From positions 50,007 through 114,006 of the forward strand of contig JAZNGJ010000139.1 of NCBI GenBank assembly GCA_045576415.1: a stretch of DNA of 64,000 nt, given 5' to 3'. The notes below the pieces were generated by a model that saw nothing but the letters and a program-made list of their open reading frames with translations, did not search any database and was not told where the DNA came from. The stretch comes from Faecousia sp. Lineage in GTDB: Bacteria > Bacillota > Clostridia > Oscillospirales > Oscillospiraceae. The position numbers and the translations under genes are program-made. Shown piece by piece: positions 57,766 to 64,000 of the stretch (the stretch's first letter is position 1; every line of letters starts with the position of its first letter).

Positions 57766-58601
57766 GCATTTGGTACGCACTATGCGAAGCCCTTCCGCTG
57801 GAAATGCTTCGCTGGGACTTTATGAAAAACGCACTGCTGGCGATCCTGATCATGGCACCGCTGTTTGGACTGATGTCCACCATGATCGTCACCGGTAAGA
57901 TGAGCTTTTTCTCGGATGCTCTGGGTCACTCCGCTTTCACCGGCATCGCCATCGGCTGCATCTGCGGACTTGCCGCGCCAACCGGCATGGCGGTCATTTT
58001 CAGCATCGTGTTTTCTCTGCTGTTTTCCTTTGTCCGCAGCCGCAGCAATCAGGCTGCAGACACCATCATCGGCGTATTTTCCAGCGCCTCCGTCGCTCTG
58101 GGCATCTTTATTGCCACTCTTGGCGGCAGCAGCTTCACCAAGTACAACACCTATCTGATCGGCGACATTCTGTCCGTGACCCCCGGGCAGATCGGTATGC
58201 TGGCGCTGGTACTGGCAGCTGTTCTTGTGTTCTGGCTCTTGTTTTCCAATCGGCTAACCTTGACACTGATCCACCCCCAGCTTGCCTCTTCCCGGGGCCT
58301 GCGGGTCGGTCTTTCGCAGGCACTTTTTAACACGGCCATCGCTGTGGTGGTCACGCTTGTTATCCCCAGCGTAGGCCTGCTGATCCTGAATTCCCTGCTG
58401 GTTCTGCCGGCTGCGGCCGCACGGAATGTATCCCGGAATTTGAAACAGTACCACGCGATTTCTGTTTTATTCGCACTGTTTGCAGGCATCGGCGGTCTTA
58501 TTGCGTCCTATTATCTGGGCTGCTCAGCCGGCGCGGCTATATCTCTGATCCTGGCACTGATCTTCGCTGTCAGCTTCTGCCTGCGCAAAGGGAGGGCGTA
58601 A
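57762..58601 (+). CDS. Metal ABC transporter permease (ZnuB-like)
   Basis: FFSDALGH, YLIGDIL, LPAAAAR. Confidence 0.92.
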   Translation: MSIWYALCEALPLEMLRWDFMKNALLAILIMAPLFGLMSTMIVTGKMSFFSDALGHSAFTGIAIGCICGLAAPTGMAVIFSIVFSLLFSFVRSRSNQAADTIIGVFSSASVALGIFIATLGGSSFTKYNTYLIGDILSVTPGQIGMLALVLAAVLVFWLLFSNRLTLTLIHPQLASSRGLRVGLSQALFNTAIAVVVTLVIPSVGLLILNSLLVLPAAAARNVSRNLKQYHAISVLFALFAGIGGLIASYYLGCSAGAAISLILALIFAVSFCLRKGRA

Positions 58602-58603
58602 TC

Positions 58604-59290
58604 ATGGATCCTGTAACCATTCAGCCCATTGCTCGCATGAAAAGTGATTTCCCAACAAAATTCGGCATTCCCCGCCAGAGTGGCCTTGTAGAGCAGCTGC
58701 GTTCTACCATCATTTTTGAGCCGGAATTTCGCAATCCGGATACGCTGCGGGGCATCGAAGGCTACTCCCATCTGTGGCTTATCTGGCAGTTTTCGGAAGC
58801 GGTGCGCTCTGACTGGTCTCCCACGGTCCGTCCGCCCCGCCTGGGCGGCAACACCCGAATGGGCGTTTTCGCCACCCGTTCCCCCTTCCGCCCCAATTCT
58901 CTGGGTTTATCCTGTGTGAAGCTTTTGGGTGTGGAGCATACAGAAAAACACGGCACAGTTCTTCATGTCGGCGGTGCTGACTTAATGGATGGCACGCCTA
59001 TTTTCGACATTAAGCCCTATATCCCCTACAGCGATTGCCATCCGGATGCTTTGGGTGGTTTCACGGATACGGCAAAGGACTTCCTGCTGGAGGTCAGCTT
59101 TCCGGAACCCCTGCTTCTCAAGCTTCCGCAAGATAAGCGCAGCGCTGCCATCGCCGTTTTATCCCACGATCCCCGGCCATCCTATCAAAAGGACGCCAAC
59201 CGCGTATACGGACTCAGCTTTGCCGGCTATGATATCCGGTTTTCCGTTTGCGGACAAAATTTGACCGTTCGGGAAGTCAATCCGCTGTAA
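58604..59290 (+). CDS. trmO: tRNA m6t6A37 methyltransferase TrmO/TsaA
   Basis: KFGIPRQ, GVFATRSPFRPN, DGTPIFDIKPY. Confidence 0.93.
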   Translation: MDPVTIQPIARMKSDFPTKFGIPRQSGLVEQLRSTIIFEPEFRNPDTLRGIEGYSHLWLIWQFSEAVRSDWSPTVRPPRLGGNTRMGVFATRSPFRPNSLGLSCVKLLGVEHTEKHGTVLHVGGADLMDGTPIFDIKPYIPYSDCHPDALGGFTDTAKDFLLEVSFPEPLLLKLPQDKRSAAIAVLSHDPRPSYQKDANRVYGLSFAGYDIRFSVCGQNLTVREVNPL

Positions 59291-59372
59291 ATCGAAACGC
59301 TCCGACAAAAATCGGGGCGTTTCGCATTTTTTCATTGCCAATCGCGGTACTATCTGTTATAATTACATTGTT

Positions 59373-60809
59373 ATGGAAAGAAGAATTCATTTGTTCGTCA
59401 GCCGCAAAAACGCGCTGACATGGCTGATGGCACTTTGCTTGGTCGGCTCGGCAGTGGCCCGCATTGCACTTTCCGGTTTGAAAGGGTCCGGAGATTCGCT
59501 TGAAGTGTGGAGTCAAATCGTTCTGCCGGTTGCAGCCACCTTGCTGTTCGTGCTCATCACATTGATCAACGGAAAAGAGATGTTCTACAAGACTGCCATT
59601 CCTGTGTGGATGATGGGTCTTTACTACGCTCTGCTTCCGCATGAGATCATTGGCGCCAATCCGTTTATCCTCGGCATGTATTACACCTGCATTGTTTTCT
59701 ATTGCATTCTCTACACCGCCATTACCTGCGGAAAGATCCGCTTCCCATGGCTGCTTCTGCCGCTGTTTGCCGCACCGCTGGCAGCCGTGGTATATGCTCA
59801 TAACCATTACCTGAATCAGTTCTGGGCACAATCCACCACCGTAAACCCGCTGTACCTGGTGTTCCCCAACTATCTGCTCTTTGGCGGACTGGTCCTGCTG
59901 CCCTTTGCCATCCGCGTTCATTCCGACGGCGAGTATCACCCCACGTGGGGCGACCGCAGTGACGGACGGAAGATCCGCACTCTGGCTCCCATGGCCCAGA
60001 TCACGGCCTATTTTCAGGTAGAGCGGAACACCTGCTCCAATCTGTTTGAGGAATCCTTTGAGATTTCCCACATCGACCGCTATATCCGCCAGAAGCGCCG
60101 GGAAGGTCTGACCGATTTCGGCATCAGCCATGTGCTGCTGGCCGCTTATGTCCGCGGTGTTGCCAAGTACCCCCAGCTGAACCGTTTTATCTCCGGCCAG
60201 AAGGTCTACTCCCGCGGCAATGACATTCAGTACTGCATGGTGGTCAAAAAAGAGATGACCGTGGATTCTCCCGACACCTCCATCAAGGTACATCTGACCC
60301 CCTACGACACCGCAGTGGATGTTTACAACAAGCTGAATGCCGCTATCGAAAGCGTGAAGGCAACGCAGGAGCTGGACTCCAGTCTGGACGGCCTGATCCA
60401 GTACTTAAATATGATCCCCAGCATCGTGCTGAAGTTCGTTGTATGGCTTCTGAAGCTGCTGGACTACTTCGGTATGCTGCCCAAATTCCTACTGGAACTG
60501 AGCCCTTTCCACGGAAGCCTGTTCTTTACCTCCATGGGAAGCTTAGGAATTCCTCCCATCTACCACCACCTGTATGACTTCGGCAATCTGCCTTGCTTTG
60601 GCGCTTTCGGCATGAAGCGCCGGGCCTTGGAAGTGCTGGAGGACGGCACTGTGGTGCAGAAGAAGTATATCGATGTCAAGTTCGTTCTGGACGAGCGCAT
60701 CTGCGACGGCTACTACTACGCCACATTTTTCAAGCATTACCGCCGGCTGCTGGCCCACCCTGAGGTGCTGGACAACCCGCCCGAGGAAGTCATCCGCGAC
60801 ATTGACTAA
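59373..60809 (+). CDS. Multi-TM domain fused to a 2-oxoacid dehydrogenase E2 catalytic-like domain
   Basis: About 6 TM helices, then GDRSDG, YPQLNRF, TSMGSLG, LDERICDG. Confidence 0.75.
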   Translation: MERRIHLFVSRKNALTWLMALCLVGSAVARIALSGLKGSGDSLEVWSQIVLPVAATLLFVLITLINGKEMFYKTAIPVWMMGLYYALLPHEIIGANPFILGMYYTCIVFYCILYTAITCGKIRFPWLLLPLFAAPLAAVVYAHNHYLNQFWAQSTTVNPLYLVFPNYLLFGGLVLLPFAIRVHSDGEYHPTWGDRSDGRKIRTLAPMAQITAYFQVERNTCSNLFEESFEISHIDRYIRQKRREGLTDFGISHVLLAAYVRGVAKYPQLNRFISGQKVYSRGNDIQYCMVVKKEMTVDSPDTSIKVHLTPYDTAVDVYNKLNAAIESVKATQELDSSLDGLIQYLNMIPSIVLKFVVWLLKLLDYFGMLPKFLLELSPFHGSLFFTSMGSLGIPPIYHHLYDFGNLPCFGAFGMKRRALEVLEDGTVVQKKYIDVKFVLDERICDGYYYATFFKHYRRLLAHPEVLDNPPEEVIRDID

Positions 60810-60812
60810 ATT

Positions 60813-61616
60813 ATGAGAGAACAAATATTGTCTTATCTGCCAGGGGATCACCCCTGGCAGAATCAAATTTACTGGTTTGATTCCATCGACTCTACAAATC
60901 TGGAAGCAAAGCGTATGGCGCAATCCGGTTCTCCCCACGGAACCGTGCTGATCGCTGACCATCAGACAGCCGGGCGGGGGCGTATGGGGCGATCCTTCCT
61001 TTCCCCTGCCGGCATGGGCATCTATATGAGCGTGATCCTGCGCCCAAACTGCGTACCGGCGAAACTGATGCATCTGACCTGCGCAGCTGCTGTGTTTGCT
61101 TGCGACGCGGTGGAAAGTGCCGCAGATTTTCGTCCGGGCGTCAAATGGACCAATGACCTTGTATACCAAAATCGGAAGCTTGCCGGTGTCCTTACAGAGC
61201 TCGCCATCGATCCGAAAACCGGACTTGTGGACTATGCGGTCATCGGTGTTGGCATCAACTGCTGCCAGCAGGAATCGGACTTTGATCCGCTGATCCGCAG
61301 CTTTGCCGGCTCCCTTTCCATGTTTTCTGAGCATGCGGTGGACCGCGCCCTGTTATCCGCCTGCATAGTGCGATCCCTTTATGAAATGGACAAGAGACTG
61401 CTTACAGATCAATCGAAAATTATGAAACGTTACCGCCATGACTGCATCACCATCGGCAAGGATGTTTCCCTTGTCCGCGCTGACGGGAATATCCGCTACG
61501 GCCACGCTGAGGATGTGGATGAGGAAGGCGCGCTGCTTGTCCGTTTCTCCGACGGAAATACGGAAACCGTTAATTCCGGAGAAATCAGCATTCGTGGCAT
61601 GTACGGCTATGTTTAG
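60813..61616 (+). CDS. birA: Biotin-protein ligase (no HTH)
   Basis: DSTN, QTAGRGRMGR, KWTND, KLAGVL. Confidence 0.93.
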   Translation: MREQILSYLPGDHPWQNQIYWFDSIDSTNLEAKRMAQSGSPHGTVLIADHQTAGRGRMGRSFLSPAGMGIYMSVILRPNCVPAKLMHLTCAAAVFACDAVESAADFRPGVKWTNDLVYQNRKLAGVLTELAIDPKTGLVDYAVIGVGINCCQQESDFDPLIRSFAGSLSMFSEHAVDRALLSACIVRSLYEMDKRLLTDQSKIMKRYRHDCITIGKDVSLVRADGNIRYGHAEDVDEEGALLVRFSDGNTETVNSGEISIRGMYGYV

Positions 61617-61705
61617 CCTAAAATTTTACAATTTTTCTGTTGCATTTTTCATATGCTTTGGTTATACTGAATTTAGAGATCAATAAAGAATGGGAGGTCA
61701 TTCCA

Positions 61706-61981
61706 ATGAAAGTTTTTAGTATCGTTATTAAGATCGTGGTTGCTCTGGCCGCTGTTGCCGGTGCAGTCTACATTGCCGCTACCTACGGCGACAAGATCGT
61801 TGCCTGGGCCAAGAAGCTTCTGGGCTCCTGCAAGTGCTGCTGTGACTGCGACTGCGAGTGCGAAGAAGGCGAATGTGAATGCGAGTGCTGCTGCGAAGAG
61901 GCCGCTGAAGAAATCGCAGAAGTCCCCGCCGAAGAACCCGCAGCTGAAGAAACCGCTACCGAAGCCGATTTCGAAGGCTAA
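61706..61981 (+). CDS. Membrane-anchored Cys-rich acidic small protein
   Basis: RBS GGGAGG; TM, CKCCCDCDCECEEGECECECCC, acidic tail; terminator follows. Confidence 0.8.
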   Translation: MKVFSIVIKIVVALAAVAGAVYIAATYGDKIVAWAKKLLGSCKCCCDCDCECEEGECECECCCEEAAEEIAEVPAEEPAAEETATEADFEG

Positions 61982-61992
61982 TGAAATGACAC

Positions 61993-62024
61993 AAAAAAGG
62001 AGGCTGACACGCAGCCTCCTTTTT
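61993..62024. terminator. Bidirectional terminator
   Basis: AAAAAGGAGGCTG...CAGCCTCCTTTTT. Confidence 0.8.
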
Positions 62025-62025
62025 C

Positions 62026-63231
62026 TTATGCCATTGTCAGAATTTCCACCAGCATTTTCACGCACTTTTCCATATCCTCAACAGGAATGTACTCAAAGCG
62101 TCCGTGATAATTCTCGCCGCCGGTACACAGGTTGGGACAGGGCAGCCCCTCATAGGAAAGCCGGGCGCCGTCGGTACCACCGCGAATGGGCACTTCCCTT
62201 GCTTCCATGCCCACAGCCTCCATAGCCCTCTTGGCACGCTCTACGATATGCATACAGGGCTCGATGCACTTGCGCATATTGAAATAGCTGTCCCGAACGG
62301 TCAGCTCGCAGGTGCCAGCACCGTACTTAGCATTGATAAAGTCCGCAGCCGCAGCCATGACCGCCTTCTTTTCTTCAAATTTCTGCATATCATGGTCACG
62401 GATGATGTAGCGCAAAGTAGACTGTTCCACCTCACCCTGCATGTCCGTCAGATGGATGAAACCCTCATAGCCTTCTGTGTGCTCCGGCTTCTGGTTTGAC
62501 GGCAGCAGAGACTGGAACTCCATGGCGATATACTGGGAATTGACCATCTTATCCTTGGCTGCGCCTGGATGGATGTTGAGGCCATTGAATACCACCTTAG
62601 CGCCTGCGGCGTTGAAGTTTTCATATTCGATCTCGCCAATGGCACCGCCGTCTGCGGTATAGGCAAAGTCCGCGCCGAAGCCCTTCACATCAAACCGGTC
62701 CGCTCCCCTGCCGATCTCCTCGTCGGGGGTGAAGCCGATCTTTAAGGTGGCATGGCTCATCCGGGCGGTCATCAAAAATTCCGCCGCAGTCATGATCTCA
62801 GCAATGCCGGCTTTATCATCAGCGCCCAGAAGGGTCGTACCGTCCGTGACGATCAGATGCTTGCCGTGATGGTTCTTCAGGCTGGGATAGTCAGCTTCCC
62901 GCAAGAATATCTGCTTTTCATCATTCAGGCAGATGTCTTCGCCGGTATACTCCACGATTTTTGCCTTGATGTCCGCACCGGAGCAGTCAGGAGAAGTATC
63001 CATATGGGCGATCAAGCCGATGGTGGGCAAGGCAGGATGGCCGGGAACTGTGCCATAAACATAGCCATGCTCGTCCATAAAGGCATCCGCAATGCCCATC
63101 CCCTTCATTTCCTCCACCAGATACGCTCCCAGCAGCTTCTGTTTGTCGGTAGACGGACAGGTCTCGGAAAACTCATCCGACATGGTATCAAAGGATACAT
63201 ATTTCAAAAAACGTTCGGTTACAGAAGTCAT
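62026..63231 (-). CDS. pepT: Peptidase T
   Basis: AHMDTS, LGADDKAG, PDEEIG, IRGGTDG. Confidence 0.95.
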   Translation of the reverse strand: MTSVTERFLKYVSFDTMSDEFSETCPSTDKQKLLGAYLVEEMKGMGIADAFMDEHGYVYGTVPGHPALPTIGLIAHMDTSPDCSGADIKAKIVEYTGEDICLNDEKQIFLREADYPSLKNHHGKHLIVTDGTTLLGADDKAGIAEIMTAAEFLMTARMSHATLKIGFTPDEEIGRGADRFDVKGFGADFAYTADGGAIGEIEYENFNAAGAKVVFNGLNIHPGAAKDKMVNSQYIAMEFQSLLPSNQKPEHTEGYEGFIHLTDMQGEVEQSTLRYIIRDHDMQKFEEKKAVMAAAADFINAKYGAGTCELTVRDSYFNMRKCIEPCMHIVERAKRAMEAVGMEAREVPIRGGTDGARLSYEGLPCPNLCTGGENYHGRFEYIPVEDMEKCVKMLVEILTMA

Positions 63232-63293
63232 AATTCGCTCCTTTCTTAGGAACAGAGCCGCCGCAAAAGCGGCGGCTCAAAATTCAGCTTAAA

Positions 63294-64000
63294 TTACTTG
63301 GCAGCGTTGACCAGCTCAGCAGTATCCTGAGCGATCATCAGCTCTTCATTAGTAGGCACGACCCAAACTTCCACCTTGGAGTCGGGGGTGGAGATCTTCA
63401 TTTCCTTGCCGCGCTTGCCATTCAGTTCGGGATCGATCTTGACGCCCATAAAGCCCAGATACTCACAGACGGTAGCACGAACTGCACAGTCATTCTCACC
63501 GACACCGGCAGTGAAGGTCAGAACATCAATACGGTTCAGAGCGGCAGCGTAGGCGCCGACAAACTTAGCGACCTCGTAGCAGAACTTGTCACGGGCCAGA
63601 GCGCAGTTTTCGTTGCCGTTCTTTGCGCCGTCTTCCAGATCACGGAAGTCGGAGGAAACGCCGGAAAGGGCCAGCATGCCGGACTTCTTGTTCAGCATAT
63701 TCAGGCACTCGTCAACATTCATGCCGTACTTGTTGCAGATGAACTGCACAACAGCGGGATCGATATCACCGGAGCGGGTGCCCATGGGAACACCGGCCAG
63801 AGGCGTCAGGCCCATGGTGGTATCCTGGCACTTGCCGTCCTTCACAGCGGACATGGAAGAGCCGTTGCCCAGATGGCAGTTGACCATCTTGAATTCCTTC
63901 TTGCCCACCAGCTCAGCTGTACGCTTGGCAACATACTTGTGGGAAGTGCCGTGGAAGCCGTAGCGGCGGATGGAGTCGTTCTCGTAGTACTCAGTGGGGA
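63294..64000 (-). CDS. ackA: Acetate kinase, truncated at window end
   Basis: RRYGFHGTSH, CHLGNGSS, GTRSGD, TAGVGEN, PTNEE. Confidence 0.95.
   Translation of the reverse strand, partial: PTEYYENDSIRRYGFHGTSHKYVAKRTAELVGKKEFKMVNCHLGNGSSMSAVKDGKCQDTTMGLTPLAGVPMGTRSGDIDPAVVQFICNKYGMNVDECLNMLNKKSGMLALSGVSSDFRDLEDGAKNGNENCALARDKFCYEVAKFVGAYAAALNRIDVLTFTAGVGENDCAVRATVCEYLGFMGVKIDPELNGKRGKEMKISTPDSKVEVWVVPTNEELMIAQDTAELVNAAK

Overview
A 64-kb stretch of core chromosome from a spore-forming clostridial Firmicute. Gene content suggests Oscillospiraceae/Ruminococcaceae (inference). Most genes are on the minus strand. Housekeeping clusters: hflX-yigZ-dgt-dnaG-(two sigma70 genes)-cmk-ispH/rpsA; acp-ffs(SRP RNA)-dnaX-ybaB-recR; scpA-scpB-ytfI-ytfJ-dac-rluB-rpiR-HI0933; Cys T-box-cysS-polA-rimI-tsaD; ylxM-ffh-rpsP-khpA-rimM-trmD-cobB; a Zn/Mn ABC importer-trmO; pepT; ackA. 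No CRISPR array, prophage, transposase, tRNA or rRNA was seen. Best leads: (1) the rpoD slot after dnaG holds two translationally coupled, complementarily degenerate sigma70 paralogues; (2) an XRE-membrane gene sits inside nested inverted repeats, an exact 24-bp GTAG-REP pair within a 42-bp imperfect pair whose mismatches are mostly G-U-compatible on one strand; (3) a 25-aa leader peptide and attenuator precede a heterodimeric ABC exporter; (4) a non-origin DnaA-box/Spo0A-box cluster; (5) a membrane-anchored 12-Cys metallothionein-like protein; (6) a near-leaderless membrane/E2-acyltransferase-fold fusion lacking the catalytic His. All calls come from manual reading and motif recognition; no database searches were run.
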